Shown: in pieces, positions 7,598 through 18,149 of the stretch
Numbering within the stretch: the stretch's first letter is position 1
Layout: each line of letters starts with the position of its first letter
Origin: Clostridiales bacterium
Lineage (GTDB): Bacteria > Bacillota > Clostridia > Lachnospirales > Lachnospiraceae
NCBI GenBank assembly: GCA_012735495.1
Contig: JAAYHD010000007.1
Location: 6,247-70,246, forward strand
Reading direction: 5' to 3'
DNA length: 64,000 nt
Notes under the pieces: model-generated
Database searches by the model: none
Seen by the model: only the letters and a program-made list of their open reading frames with translations
Told to the model about the DNA's origin: nothing
Translations under genes and position numbers: made by a program

Positions 7598-8983
7598 GTG
7601 GATGTTTTAAAAAGAGTACCGATAAAGGAACAGAATCCGGACGAAAGGATTCACAATTTCGACGAGGTTTGCCTGGGTTATACCAAGGATGAGGCAGTAC
7701 TTGAAGCTGGCAGATGCATACAGTGCAAGAATCCGAGATGCGTTCAGGGATGTCCCGTATCTATAGATATTCCCGGTTTCATAAATGCGGTTGTCAGGGA
7801 AGATATTGAGGAAGCATATAGGATTATAAACAAATACTCGGCACTGCCCGCCATATGCGGAAGAGTATGCCCGCAGGAGACCCAATGCGAGAAGAACTGC
7901 ATCCGGGGCATAAAGGGCGAGCCTGTTTCCATAGGAAAGCTTGAAAGGTTTGTTGCAGACTGGGCAAGGGAAAACAATATCAAGCCCAAGGCTCCCGAAA
8001 AGAAGAACGGAATAAAGGTTGCAATCATAGGATCCGGTCCTGCAGGACTTACCTGCGCCAAGGAAATGGCGGAAAGGGGCTATGATGTTACGGTATTCGA
8101 AGCCCTCCACGAACCGGGAGGGGTTTTGGTGTACGGTATTCCGGAATTCAGACTGCCCAAGGAGACCGTGGTAAAGCCGGAGATAGAAAATCTCAAGGAG
8201 CTTGGTGTAAAGATTGAAACCAATGTTATTGTCGGTAAGAGCGTTACCATAGACGAGCTTATGGATGAGGAAGGCTTTAAGGCGGTATTTATCGGCACCG
8301 GAGCCGGACTGCCCAAGTTCATGGGTATCCCCGGTGAAAATGCCAACGGAGTATTTTCCGCCAACGAGTACCTAACCAGAAGCAATCTTATGAAAGCTTT
8401 CGACAGCAATTATGATACTCCCATCATTACCGGAAAGAGAGTTGCAGTTGTCGGCGGCGGCAATGTTGCCATGGACGCGGCAAGGACCGCAAGAAGACTT
8501 GGAGCCGAGGTAATGATTGTGTACAGGAGAAGTGAAGCGGAGCTTCCTGCAAGAGTGGAAGAGGTACACCATGCCAAGGAGGAAGGCATACAGTTTTATC
8601 TTTTGACCAATCCGAAGGAGATTCTTGTTGATGATAACGGATGGGTCAGGGGAATGCGCTGTGTCAGGATGGAGCTTGGCGAACCGGACAGCTCGGGCAG
8701 GAGAAGGCCTGTGGAAGTTGAAGGATCGGATTTTGACCTTGAGGTCGATACTGTCATAATGGCCATTGGAACGAGTCCGAATCCTCTTATTATATCTACA
8801 ACGAACGGTCTTCAAAGCAACAAGCACGGATGCATTGTTGCCGATGAAGCTACCGGTAAAACATCCAGGGAAGGCATATTTGCAGGCGGGGATGCCGTAA
8901 CGGGAGCAGCTACGGTTATCCTGGCCATGGGAGCCGGCAAGGCTGCGGCTGCGGCCATGGATGAGTATTTACAGAATAAATAA
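7598..8983 (+). CDS. nfnB: NfnB-type subunit: NADPH-dependent glutamate synthase small-chain-like oxidoreductase
   Basis: GTG start. The N-terminal Cys clusters are CIQCKNPRCVQGCP and CGRVCPQETQCEKNC. There are two Rossmann motifs, VAIIGSGPAGL and VAVVGGGNVAMD. Confidence 0.85.
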   Translation: MDVLKRVPIKEQNPDERIHNFDEVCLGYTKDEAVLEAGRCIQCKNPRCVQGCPVSIDIPGFINAVVREDIEEAYRIINKYSALPAICGRVCPQETQCEKNCIRGIKGEPVSIGKLERFVADWARENNIKPKAPEKKNGIKVAIIGSGPAGLTCAKEMAERGYDVTVFEALHEPGGVLVYGIPEFRLPKETVVKPEIENLKELGVKIETNVIVGKSVTIDELMDEEGFKAVFIGTGAGLPKFMGIPGENANGVFSANEYLTRSNLMKAFDSNYDTPIITGKRVAVVGGGNVAMDAARTARRLGAEVMIVYRRSEAELPARVEEVHHAKEEGIQFYLLTNPKEILVDDNGWVRGMRCVRMELGEPDSSGRRRPVEVEGSDFDLEVDTVIMAIGTSPNPLIISTTNGLQSNKHGCIVADEATGKTSREGIFAGGDAVTGAATVILAMGAGKAAAAAMDEYLQNK

Positions 8984-9003
8984 GATATTAATTTGGAGGA
9001 AGC

Positions 9004-10560
9004 ATGGGTCAATTTTTTGACAACACGACAACAGTAATCTTGCTGATTTGTATTACAGCTGCAGCATTACTGTTGTTGTTATTGCTTGTTTTTATAAGGA
9101 TAAGCAGGCTGAAAAAGAAGCTTGACGAGGCATACGAGGAGAATCATGCCGTAACTGCGGAGTACCACAGGCTGAAATCGCTGTACCAGGAAGCCGCAGA
9201 TTCATACAAAAAGCTGAGCGCTCAGTATGACGAGCTTTATAAAAGCAAGGAAAGCATAAAGAAAATCGCATATACAGATCCATTGACGGAGCTGCCCAAC
9301 CGCATAGCATTCATGGAAATGCTGGATAATATCATGCTGACGCTGCGCAGTGACGAAATAATCGGTATTATGGATATAGATCTTGACAATTTCAAGAATA
9401 TTAATGATACCCTTGGACACTCATACGGAGATGAGCTGCTGATTGATGTTACCCACAGATTGAAGCAAGTAATGGATGAGAACGATTATCTGGCAAGGAT
9501 AGGCGGGGACGAGTTCGTAATCCTTACACAGAATTTATGCGATACCGCATCATTCGAGGAAAAAATCAAGAAGGTCAGAAATGTATTCACATTCCCGTTT
9601 GAGCTGCTGTCCAAGGAGTATTTTATCTCGGTCAGCATAGGAGTCGCTTTTGCTCCAAAGGACGGCAAATCGGCTCAAACCATTGTTAAAAACGTGGATA
9701 CCGCCATGTATGTGGCCAAGGCTAACGGGAAAAATACATACGCGTATTATGACGCTTCGTTGAATCAGAAGCTTACCGATAAAATAGAGCTCCAGTCGGA
9801 GCTTAGAAAAGCCATAGAAAAGAATGAATTTGTCCTGCTCTACCAGGCACAGATGGATTTGATGAATAAAAAGGTGCTGGGATTTGAAGCGCTGATACGG
9901 TGGAATCATCCCACCAAGGGCATGCTTTATCCCAGTGATTTCATATACCTTGCTGAGGAATCCGGCCTTATCGTACCGATAGGGAAATGGGCGCTGGAGA
10001 CCGCGTGCCTTCAGCTTAAGGAATGGACCGACATGGGATATGAAAATATCAGCATGGCGGTTAACCTTTCCGCAAGGCAGTTCAAGGACAAGGATTTTGT
10101 CCAGATGGTGCTTGAGGTAATCGAAAAAACCGGAGCGGATCCTTCGAAGCTTGAGCTGGAGATAACGGAATCGATCGCGTTGGAGGATTTGGACTATACG
10201 ATATCGACAATAGAGCAGTTAAAAGCCATAGGAGTAAGATTCTCTCTGGACGATTTCGGTACGGGGTATTCGTCGATGAGCTACCTGAAGAAGCTTCCGG
10301 TTAGCAACCTGAAGATAGACAAGAGTTTCCTGGATACCGTTATGGATGATGTATGCGACCAAAAAATAATTCAGGCCATCATAACCCTGGCAAGAAATCT
10401 GGATCTTAATATTATCGCTGAAGGTGTCGAAAGAACCGAACAGGAGCAGTTCCTGCAGGAATCCAACTGCAACATGGCGCAGGGCTTCTTATACAGCAAA
10501 CCGCTGCCCAGGGAAATGGCCGCAGAATATTTAAAGAGCGTGAACCGCCGGGAGATGTAA
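9004..10560 (+). CDS. membrane-anchored GGDEF-EAL protein (diguanylate cyclase / c-di-GMP phosphodiesterase)
   Basis: There is an N-terminal TM helix and a coiled-coil-like stretch. The GGDEF motif is RIGGDEF. The EAL-domain motifs are FEALIRW, ELEITE, DDFGTGYSS, KIDKSF and AEGVE. Confidence 0.9.
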   Translation: MGQFFDNTTTVILLICITAAALLLLLLLVFIRISRLKKKLDEAYEENHAVTAEYHRLKSLYQEAADSYKKLSAQYDELYKSKESIKKIAYTDPLTELPNRIAFMEMLDNIMLTLRSDEIIGIMDIDLDNFKNINDTLGHSYGDELLIDVTHRLKQVMDENDYLARIGGDEFVILTQNLCDTASFEEKIKKVRNVFTFPFELLSKEYFISVSIGVAFAPKDGKSAQTIVKNVDTAMYVAKANGKNTYAYYDASLNQKLTDKIELQSELRKAIEKNEFVLLYQAQMDLMNKKVLGFEALIRWNHPTKGMLYPSDFIYLAEESGLIVPIGKWALETACLQLKEWTDMGYENISMAVNLSARQFKDKDFVQMVLEVIEKTGADPSKLELEITESIALEDLDYTISTIEQLKAIGVRFSLDDFGTGYSSMSYLKKLPVSNLKIDKSFLDTVMDDVCDQKIIQAIITLARNLDLNIIAEGVERTEQEQFLQESNCNMAQGFLYSKPLPREMAAEYLKSVNRREM

Positions 10561-10561
10561 A

Positions 10562-11278
10562 ATGGAAAGCAGGTACCGAAGATACGCTTTTCTTTTAGTA
10601 CAGCTGGTTTTATACCTGACATTCCTTTCTTTTGATATCAGGAATACCGGGGTTGGTATTTCAACCGGAGTAAAATTCGCCGTAGTAGTACTTTGCTTTT
10701 TATATGTTATTACCTCAAATAATACGAAATCAAAAGACTATATATATCTATGTCTTGCCATTACGTTTACGGTTATATCCGATTGCCTGATTTTATATAC
10801 CGAATACTATTTGTACGGTGTTATAACCTTCACAGCAGCACAGCAGCTGCATGGCATAAGGCTTGATATCCTGCGTGAAAGGGAAGAAGGCAATCCTATA
10901 AACCGGTCAAGGACCTTGGCATTAAGGCTTTTAAGCCAGATTGTTCTCGGAACCGTAGTGTATGCAATGCTTATGCTGGCGGGAGTCGGAAATGACGCAC
11001 TGCTGGCGGTAAGCATTTTATATTTTATTAGCCTGTGCTTCAATGTCATAAGGAGTATTATGCTTTGCTTTCACGGCAAAAGCCGGGATATCCGCCTGTT
11101 TGCATGGGGCATGGTATTGTTCCTGCTGTGTGACATAAATGTCGGAATATTTAACTTGTCCGGGTTCATAAACGTAGGCCCGGTATACGAAGTGCTGTAT
11201 GGCATTTCTTCCATATCCATGTGGCTTTTTTATGCACCATCACAGGTGCTTATTGTTTTAAGCGGCGACAGCAATTGA
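10562..11278 (+). CDS. polytopic membrane protein, YhhN/lysoplasmalogenase-like (tentative)
   Basis: 238 aa and very hydrophobic. ISDCLIL, FTAAQQLH and LLCDINVG resemble the YhhN-family motifs. The start is 1 nt after the upstream stop. Confidence 0.4.
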   Translation: MESRYRRYAFLLVQLVLYLTFLSFDIRNTGVGISTGVKFAVVVLCFLYVITSNNTKSKDYIYLCLAITFTVISDCLILYTEYYLYGVITFTAAQQLHGIRLDILREREEGNPINRSRTLALRLLSQIVLGTVVYAMLMLAGVGNDALLAVSILYFISLCFNVIRSIMLCFHGKSRDIRLFAWGMVLFLLCDINVGIFNLSGFINVGPVYEVLYGISSISMWLFYAPSQVLIVLSGDSN

Positions 11279-11341
11279 CAAATCATACAAAAAAATATGA
11301 AATAATCATGTAAATCAATGTAAAATTGTGCTTGCATTTGG

Positions 11342-11370
11342 CAACCCTTTTTGTTATACTGTAAATATCT
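11342..11370 (+). promoter_or_regulatory. sigma-A type promoter (TTGCAT - 17 nt - TATACT)
   Basis: Hexamers are at 11342-11347 and 11365-11370. This would give a leader of about 125 nt before the TTG start at 11503. Confidence 0.4.
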
Positions 11371-11502
11371 TCACAGATGTTCAGTTCTTGGCAGTAAACT
11401 CACATATTATCAAATCCGGTCCGTTTTACCTTTACTTTCTTCATGCTTTTTCTTTTATAAAACCCTACAATTATCAGATTATTATGTAAAAGAGGTGATT
11501 TT

Positions 11503-12432
11503 TTGCAGCACGCAGTTAAAGAGGATTTACTCGACTATGCTTCATTTGTGAGTTTTATCAAGAACGAAGTTGCCGAAAGGATGGGACAGGATTACACCAT
11601 TAGAGTAATCAGGGTGATGAAAAATAATTCCGTTGAGCTGGACAGTCTTGTCGTACTCAAGAACGGTGATAATTCCGCTCCTAATATATACCTGCAGCCT
11701 TATTATGAATCCTATTTGTCAGGCACTCCCCTGACCGGCATTATTGACCGTATTTGCAAGGCTTATGAGAATTTTTCCATTCCGGTTTTGCGCAAGGATT
11801 TCGAGTATACGTTTGAGAGGATGCGGCCGTATATTTTCTTCCGGCTGATTAATCTTAAAAGGAATGAAAAACTCCTTTCACAGATCCCGTATGTGAAATT
11901 CCTCGATCTGGCCATAACATTCCACTGCCTGGTCCGCAATGAGAAGGAAAACATAGGCACCATCCGAATTTCTAACAGGCATTTGGAAGAATGGCAGGTA
12001 ACAAGAAATGACCTGATGAAGCTTGCGGCAGAGAATACCAGGAAGCTTTTTCCGCCGGTAATCAAGCCCATGGAGGAAGCGATCAGGGAAGTTTCAGCGG
12101 ATGTAATGTATGAAGACAATATGGATTTTGACAGCAATGAGAGCTCCGGGGCATCCATGTATGTATTGACCAATGAAAAGGGGCTTCATGGGGCCTCCAG
12201 CCTGTTGTACCCGGATGTAATCAGGGAGTTTGCATATCATGTTGATGCCGACCTGTTCATCCTGCCAAGCAGTGTTCATGAGATAATACTCATGCCGGTA
12301 AGGAACCCTGACGACAGGCAGAAGCTGCAGAAGATGGTGAGAGAGGTAAATTCAGTCATTCTTGCGCCGGATGAAATCCTGTCGGATAATGTATATATAT
12401 ATTCCCTGGAGTCCGACCAGATATTCCTGTAA
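11503..12432 (+). CDS. DUF5688-like protein (a family I know mainly from conjugative or integrative elements of Clostridia)
   Basis: TTG start 5 nt after AGAGGTG. The C-terminal ...MYVLTNEKGLHGASSLL...DLFILPSSVHEIILMP...MVREVN... matches my recollection of DUF5688 proteins. Confidence 0.45.
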   Translation: MQHAVKEDLLDYASFVSFIKNEVAERMGQDYTIRVIRVMKNNSVELDSLVVLKNGDNSAPNIYLQPYYESYLSGTPLTGIIDRICKAYENFSIPVLRKDFEYTFERMRPYIFFRLINLKRNEKLLSQIPYVKFLDLAITFHCLVRNEKENIGTIRISNRHLEEWQVTRNDLMKLAAENTRKLFPPVIKPMEEAIREVSADVMYEDNMDFDSNESSGASMYVLTNEKGLHGASSLLYPDVIREFAYHVDADLFILPSSVHEIILMPVRNPDDRQKLQKMVREVNSVILAPDEILSDNVYIYSLESDQIFL

Positions 12433-12602
12433 ATGGCCGAGCCATTGGAAATGCGCATCCGAAATGTTTATGCAAATTTAATGCTTATTTTGATAAATAT
12501 TATGGTTTTATTTCTTTTATTATCGCCTATGATATGTTATAATAATTAACTGATGGATAAAAACATAATATTTGTTGCACTAAATATAAGGAGGACATTT
12601 CA

Positions 12603-15600
12603 ATGGCAAGGATTAAAAAAACAATGGATGGTAATACTGCTGCCGCCCATGTCGCATACGCATTTACCGAAGTTGCAGCAATCTATCCGATAACCCCCAG
12701 CTCGGTTATGGCTGAAGTTACCGACGTATGGTCGGCACAGGGCAGAAAGAACATATTCGGGCAAGAGGTTAGAGTTGTCGAGATGCAGTCTGAGGCCGGT
12801 GCCGCCGGTACGGTTCACGGATCTTTGGCAGCCGGTGCTTTAACCACCACATATACTGCATCCCAGGGTTTATTATTAATGATACCCAATCTGTACAAAA
12901 TCGCCGGTGAGCTGCTTCCGGGCGTATTCCACGTATCCGCCCGTGCTGTGGCAAGCCACGCTCTTTCAATTTTCGGCGATCATTCCGACGTGTATGCATG
13001 CAGACAAACCGGTGCGGCCATGCTTTGCAGCGGCAACCCCCAGGAAGTAATGGATTTGGGTGCTGTAGCTCATTTATCAGCTATAAAAGGCCGTGTACCT
13101 TTCATACATTTCTTTGACGGTTTTAGAACATCCCATGAGATACAGAAGATTGAGGTTTGGGATTACGAGGAACTGAAGGAACTGGTTGACATGGATGCCG
13201 TTGACGCGTTCAGGCGCAGGGCATTGAATCCTGAGCGTCCGGTTCTCAGAGGCTCCGCCCAGAACCCCGACGTATTCTTCCAGGCAAGGGAAGCATGCAA
13301 CAAGTATTACAATGAGTTGCCTGCTATTGTTGAAGAATACATGAACAAGATCAATGCCAGGATAGGTACCGATTACAAGCTGTTCAACTACTATGGCGCC
13401 GAGGATGCTGACCAGATAATCATAGCTATGGGCTCTGTCAATGATACTATTGAGGAAACCATTGATTACCTTAATGCCAACGGCCACAAGGTAGGCCTTG
13501 TAAAGGTAAGGCTGTACAGGCCTTTCTGTGCGGACAAGTTGATTTCGGTTATTCCTGATACGGTCAAGAAGATATCCGTTCTTGACAGAACCAAGGAGCC
13601 CGGTTCAATTGGTGAGCCTTTATATCTTGACGTTGTTACGGCTCTCAAGGGAACCAAGTTTGAGAATGTTCCAGTTTATAACGGACGTTACGGTCTTGGA
13701 TCAAAGAACACAACTCCTGCACAGATAATTGCAGTATATAAGAATACCGAAAAGAAGACATTTACAATCGGTATCAAGGATGATGTCACCAACCTGTCAC
13801 TTGATACGGAGAAAGCGCCCACAACAACGCCAGAAGGCACAATAAGCTGCAAGTTCTGGGGGCTTGGCTCTGACGGAACGGTCGGTGCGAACAAGAACTC
13901 CATCAAGATTATCGGTGACCATACGGATATGTATGTTCAGGCGTACTTCGATTACGACTCCAAGAAGTCCGGCGGCGTAACCATGTCCCACTTAAGGTTC
14001 GGCAAGAAGCCAATCAAGTCCACATACCTTATAACTGAAGCCAACTTCGTGGCATGCCATAACCCGGCATATATAAGAAAGTACAACATGGTACAGGAGC
14101 TTAAGGATGGAGGCACATTCCTGCTTAACTGCAGTTGGAATATGGAAGAGCTTGAAAAGCACCTGCCCGGTCAGGTCAAGCGCTATCTTGCAGAGCACAA
14201 TATCAAGTTCTACACCATTGACGGTATCGGCATAGGCAAGGAAATCGGACTTGGCGGCCGTATAAATACGATACTTCAGGCTGCGTTCTTCAAGCTGGCC
14301 AATATCATACCTGTAGAAGATGCGGTAAAATATATGAAAGATGCGGCAACAGCCTCATACGGCAAGAAGGGTGAAGCTGTTGTCAAGATGAACCATGACG
14401 CGATAGACCGTGGTATTACGGATGTTAAGGAAATAAAGGTTCCTGAGCATTGGAAGGATGCTCCGTACGAGGAGCTTCATACAAAGGTTACCGAAGGAAG
14501 CAAGGAGCTTGTTGATTTTGTCAACAATATTCTTACACCTGTTAATGCGCAGCAGGGCAACGAGCTTCCTGTATCTGCATTCGTAGACAATGCCGACGGT
14601 ACTCTTCCGCAGGGCAGCTCGGCATACGAGAAGCGCGGTATTGCCGTGGACGTTCCTTGCTGGAAGCCTGAGAATTGTATACAGTGTAACTTCTGCTCCT
14701 ATGTATGTCCTCATGCGGTCATCCGTCCCGCTGTAATGACCAAGGAAGAGGCTGAAAAAGCACCGGAGGGAATGAAGAAAACGGCAATGACCGGACTTCC
14801 GGATTTGGAATTTGCCATTACCGTATCAGTGCTTGATTGTACCGGATGCGGTTCCTGTGCGAATGTATGCCCGGGCAAGAAGGGCGAGAAGGCACTTGTT
14901 ATGACACCACTGGAGGAGAACCTCCACGAGCAGAAGAACTTCGATTACGGATTCTCTCTTAAGGAGAAGCCTGAAGTTGCAGAGAAATTCAAGGATACCA
15001 CAGTTAAGGGAAGCCAGTTTAAGCAGCCTCTGCTTCAATTCTCAGGCGCTTGCGCAGGCTGCGGCGAGACACCGTATGCAAAGCTGGCCACCCAGTTGTT
15101 TGGCGAAAGGATGTTAATAGCCAACGCAACCGGATGTTCATCCATCTGGGGCGGCTCCATGCCGGCAACACCTTATACTCCTTCAAAGAACGGAAGAGGA
15201 CCCGCATGGGCCAACTCGCTGTTTGAGGATAACGCAGAGTATGGTTACGGTATGATGCTTGCCCAGAAGACAATCAGGAACAGGCTGAGGGCAAAGGTTG
15301 AAGCTCTGGCTGAAAAGACCGACAACGAGGATATCAAGGCTGCGGTTAAGAGATATATTGAAACTTATGAAAACGGCCGTGAGAACTCCGGAGCTACAAT
15401 GGCACTTATAAGAGCCATGGAAGCCTGCGGATGCGATGAATGCAAGGAGATTCTTAAGGACAAAGAATACCTGTCAAAGAAATCCCAGTGGATCTTTGGC
15501 GGTGACGGATGGGCTTATGATATCGGATTCGGCGGTCTGGACCATGTTCTTGCCAGCGGTGAGGACATCAACATCCTGGTATTTGACACCGAGGTATATT

Positions 15601-16157
15601 CCAATACAGGCGGACAGTCCTCCAAGGCAACACCTACCGGTGCAATTGCGCAGTTTGCAGCCGCCGGTAAGGAGGTTAAGAAGAAAGACCTGGCACAGAT
15701 AGCAATGAGCTATGGCTATGTATATGTAGCTCAGGTAGCTATGGGCGCCGACTACAACCAGACTTTGAAGGCATTTATCGAGGCTGAAAGCTACAATGGA
15801 CCTTCACTGATAATTGCTTACTCACCTTGTATCAATCACGGTATCAAGGGCGGAATGGGCAAGTCCCAGACCGAAGAGAAGGAAGCCGTGCTTGCAGGAT
15901 ACTGGTATAACTTCCGTTATGATCCGAGACTGCTCCTGGAAGGAAAGAACCCGTTCCAGCTTGACAGCAAGGCTCCTACAGGCAGCTACCAGGATTTCCT
16001 TAAAAATGAAGTGCGTTACAGCGCTCTGATCAGACAGAATCCTGAAAGGGCCCAGGAACTGTTCGAGAAAGCTGAAAAGCAGTCAACAGAGAAGTATAAA
16101 CATCTCAAGAAGCTTGAGGCTCTGTATTCTGCTGATGAAGCCGGCGGACAGGAATAA
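12603..16157 (+). CDS. nifJ: pyruvate:ferredoxin (flavodoxin) oxidoreductase, single-polypeptide type
   Basis: 1184 aa. The N-terminus MDGNTAAAHVAYAFTEVAAIYPITPSS is typical. The ferredoxin domain has CIQCNFCSYVCPH and CTGCGSCANVCP. The TPP domain has GGDGWAYDIGFGGLDH. Confidence 0.95.
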   Translation: MARIKKTMDGNTAAAHVAYAFTEVAAIYPITPSSVMAEVTDVWSAQGRKNIFGQEVRVVEMQSEAGAAGTVHGSLAAGALTTTYTASQGLLLMIPNLYKIAGELLPGVFHVSARAVASHALSIFGDHSDVYACRQTGAAMLCSGNPQEVMDLGAVAHLSAIKGRVPFIHFFDGFRTSHEIQKIEVWDYEELKELVDMDAVDAFRRRALNPERPVLRGSAQNPDVFFQAREACNKYYNELPAIVEEYMNKINARIGTDYKLFNYYGAEDADQIIIAMGSVNDTIEETIDYLNANGHKVGLVKVRLYRPFCADKLISVIPDTVKKISVLDRTKEPGSIGEPLYLDVVTALKGTKFENVPVYNGRYGLGSKNTTPAQIIAVYKNTEKKTFTIGIKDDVTNLSLDTEKAPTTTPEGTISCKFWGLGSDGTVGANKNSIKIIGDHTDMYVQAYFDYDSKKSGGVTMSHLRFGKKPIKSTYLITEANFVACHNPAYIRKYNMVQELKDGGTFLLNCSWNMEELEKHLPGQVKRYLAEHNIKFYTIDGIGIGKEIGLGGRINTILQAAFFKLANIIPVEDAVKYMKDAATASYGKKGEAVVKMNHDAIDRGITDVKEIKVPEHWKDAPYEELHTKVTEGSKELVDFVNNILTPVNAQQGNELPVSAFVDNADGTLPQGSSAYEKRGIAVDVPCWKPENCIQCNFCSYVCPHAVIRPAVMTKEEAEKAPEGMKKTAMTGLPDLEFAITVSVLDCTGCGSCANVCPGKKGEKALVMTPLEENLHEQKNFDYGFSLKEKPEVAEKFKDTTVKGSQFKQPLLQFSGACAGCGETPYAKLATQLFGERMLIANATGCSSIWGGSMPATPYTPSKNGRGPAWANSLFEDNAEYGYGMMLAQKTIRNRLRAKVEALAEKTDNEDIKAAVKRYIETYENGRENSGATMALIRAMEACGCDECKEILKDKEYLSKKSQWIFGGDGWAYDIGFGGLDHVLASGEDINILVFDTEVYSNTGGQSSKATPTGAIAQFAAAGKEVKKKDLAQIAMSYGYVYVAQVAMGADYNQTLKAFIEAESYNGPSLIIAYSPCINHGIKGGMGKSQTEEKEAVLAGYWYNFRYDPRLLLEGKNPFQLDSKAPTGSYQDFLKNEVRYSALIRQNPERAQELFEKAEKQSTEKYKHLKKLEALYSADEAGGQE

Positions 16158-16202
16158 TGTTTGCATAAACTTATTGATATGAATACGGCATAAATAACAT
16201 GA

Positions 16203-16238
16203 TACCCGTCATGAGAGGCTCATGACGGGTACCTTTTT
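16203..16238 (+). terminator. rho-independent terminator of nifJ
   Basis: TACCCGTCATGAG-AGG-CTCATGACGGGTA forms a 13-bp perfect stem. It is followed by CCTTTTT. Confidence 0.75.
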
Positions 16239-16241
16239 ACA

Positions 16242-16270
16242 TTGAATTAGCATACCTGGCATGGTAAAAT
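16242..16270 (+). promoter_or_regulatory. candidate promoter of the fucose genes (TTGAAT - 17 nt - TAAAAT)
   Basis: Hexamers are at 16242-16247 and 16265-16270, immediately after the nifJ terminator. Confidence 0.4.
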
Positions 16271-16325
16271 GTTTTTATTGGAAGAATCCTAATAATTGCG
16301 TAACAGTTAATATTGGAGGTGTAAC

Positions 16326-18122
16326 ATGGCAAGGGACAGGCTGATAGGAGATTACCCTGTGATAGGTATCCGTCCTACGATTGACGGGAGAAGAGGTGTA
16401 CTGGGAGTTCGCGAATCATTGGAGGAGCAGACCATGAACATGGCAAAGGCTGCCGCCAGGTTATTCGAGGAGAATCTTAGGTATTCCAATGGTAAACCGG
16501 TAAAAGTAGTTATTGCGGATACAACCATAGGACGTGTGGCGGAGAGTGCCCAATGTGCCGAGAAGTTCAGGAAAGAAGGAGTTGATATTACCCTGACCGT
16601 GACTCCTTGCTGGTGCTACGGGGCTGAAACCATGGATATGGACCCCATGACTATAAAGGGCGTATGGGGCTTTAACGGAACGGAACGTCCCGGAGCGGTG
16701 TATTTGGCATCGGTGCTTGCCACTCACGCACAGAAGGGGCTCCCCGCTTTCGGTATATATGGCCGTGACGTGCAGGACAAGGATGACACGACAATTCCCG
16801 AGGATGTAAAGGAAAAGCTGCTGCGTTTCGGCAGGGCTGCCGTTGCAGCGGCCACCATGAGGGGCAAATCTTATCTTCAGATTGGTTCGATATGCATGGG
16901 TATTGGAGGATCAATAATTGATCCGCACTTTATTGAGGACTACCTTGGAATGAGGGTCGAATCGGTGGATGAGGTTGAAATAATCCGCAGGATGACACAT
17001 GGTATTTATGATGAAGAAGAATTCCGGAAAGCTCTTGCATGGACCAAGGAAAACTGCCGGATCGGATTTGACAAGAATCCGCCGCATCTTCAAAAGAGCG
17101 CCGCAGAACAGGAAAAGGACCTTGAGTTTGTTGTCAAGATGATGATAATCATCAAGGACCTGATGAATGGCAATGATAAGCTGCCTTTGGGAAACGAAGA
17201 AGAGGCGGTGGGGCATAATGCGATATGCGCAGGATTCCAAGGCCAGAGGCAATGGACGGATTTCTATCCCAACGGAGATTTTGCGGAGGCATTATTAAAT
17301 ACCTCCTTCGACTGGAATGGCGTAAGGGAGCCCTACATATTGGCTACGGAAAATGATGTGCTTAACGGGATAAGCATGTTGTTTATGAAGCTTTTGACCA
17401 ACAGGGCTCAGCTTTTTGCGGATGTCCGTACATACTGGAGCCCGGAAGCTGTAAAAGCCGCTACCGGATATGAGCTTGAAGGCAAGGCTAGGGAAAGCGG
17501 AGGCTTTATACATCTTATAAATTCAGGCGCAGCATCCCTTGATTATTGCGGTGAGGCAAAGGACGAGAATGGCAACGGCGTAGTCAAGCCATGGTATGAG
17601 GTTACCGAAGATGATATGAAAGCCATTCTTAATGCAACGACATGGAATCCGGCAGATTTGGGCTACTTCAGGGGCGGAGGTTTCTCGTCCAGGTTCATGA
17701 CAAAGGCTGAGATGCCTGTCACCATGATACGGCTTAATTTAATCAAGGGATTGGGCCCGGTAATACAGATAGCCGAAGGATGGACAATAAATCTTCCGGA
17801 TCATGTCGCCGATACTATATGGCGCCGTACGGATTACACATGGCCTTGTACCTGGTTTGCCCCGAGGCTTACCGGCAAGGGGGCATTTGCATCGGCTTAT
17901 GATGTAATGAACAACTGGGGAGCCAACCATGGAGCCATTTCTTACGGACATATTGGTGCGGACTTGATTACACTTTGCTCAATTCTGCGTATCCCGGTTG
18001 CAATGCACAATGTTCCCGAAGAGAGAATTTTCAGGCCCGCCGTATGGAATGCTTTCGGTATGGACAGGGAAGGCCAGGACTACAGGGCTTGTATGACCTA
18101 CGGACCGTTATATAAGAAATAA
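16326..18122 (+). CDS. fucI: L-fucose isomerase
   Basis: 598 aa. The N-terminus ...[34 protein letters not shown]... and the overall length match FucI. It is followed by a sugar kinase and FucU. Confidence 0.9.
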   Translation: MARDRLIGDYPVIGIRPTIDGRRGVLGVRESLEEQTMNMAKAAARLFEENLRYSNGKPVKVVIADTTIGRVAESAQCAEKFRKEGVDITLTVTPCWCYGAETMDMDPMTIKGVWGFNGTERPGAVYLASVLATHAQKGLPAFGIYGRDVQDKDDTTIPEDVKEKLLRFGRAAVAAATMRGKSYLQIGSICMGIGGSIIDPHFIEDYLGMRVESVDEVEIIRRMTHGIYDEEEFRKALAWTKENCRIGFDKNPPHLQKSAAEQEKDLEFVVKMMIIIKDLMNGNDKLPLGNEEEAVGHNAICAGFQGQRQWTDFYPNGDFAEALLNTSFDWNGVREPYILATENDVLNGISMLFMKLLTNRAQLFADVRTYWSPEAVKAATGYELEGKARESGGFIHLINSGAASLDYCGEAKDENGNGVVKPWYEVTEDDMKAILNATTWNPADLGYFRGGGFSSRFMTKAEMPVTMIRLNLIKGLGPVIQIAEGWTINLPDHVADTIWRRTDYTWPCTWFAPRLTGKGAFASAYDVMNNWGANHGAISYGHIGADLITLCSILRIPVAMHNVPEERIFRPAVWNAFGMDREGQDYRACMTYGPLYKK

Positions 18123-18149
18123 TATTAATATTCGGCCATGGAGGTTAAT

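Noticed and set aside
11470-11500. A dif-like XerD arm (TTATGTAAA) upstream of the DUF5688-like gene.
   Set aside because: Only the 9-nt right arm matches the Bacillus-type dif. After a 6-nt spacer, the left arm matches at 1 of 11 positions. It is not a dif site.
11351-11551. A 66-aa ORF upstream of, and overlapping, the DUF5688-like gene.
   Set aside because: It starts inside the predicted promoter (-35 to -10 region), has no RBS, and gives a Leu/Ser/Phe-rich translation. It is most likely part of the untranslated leader.
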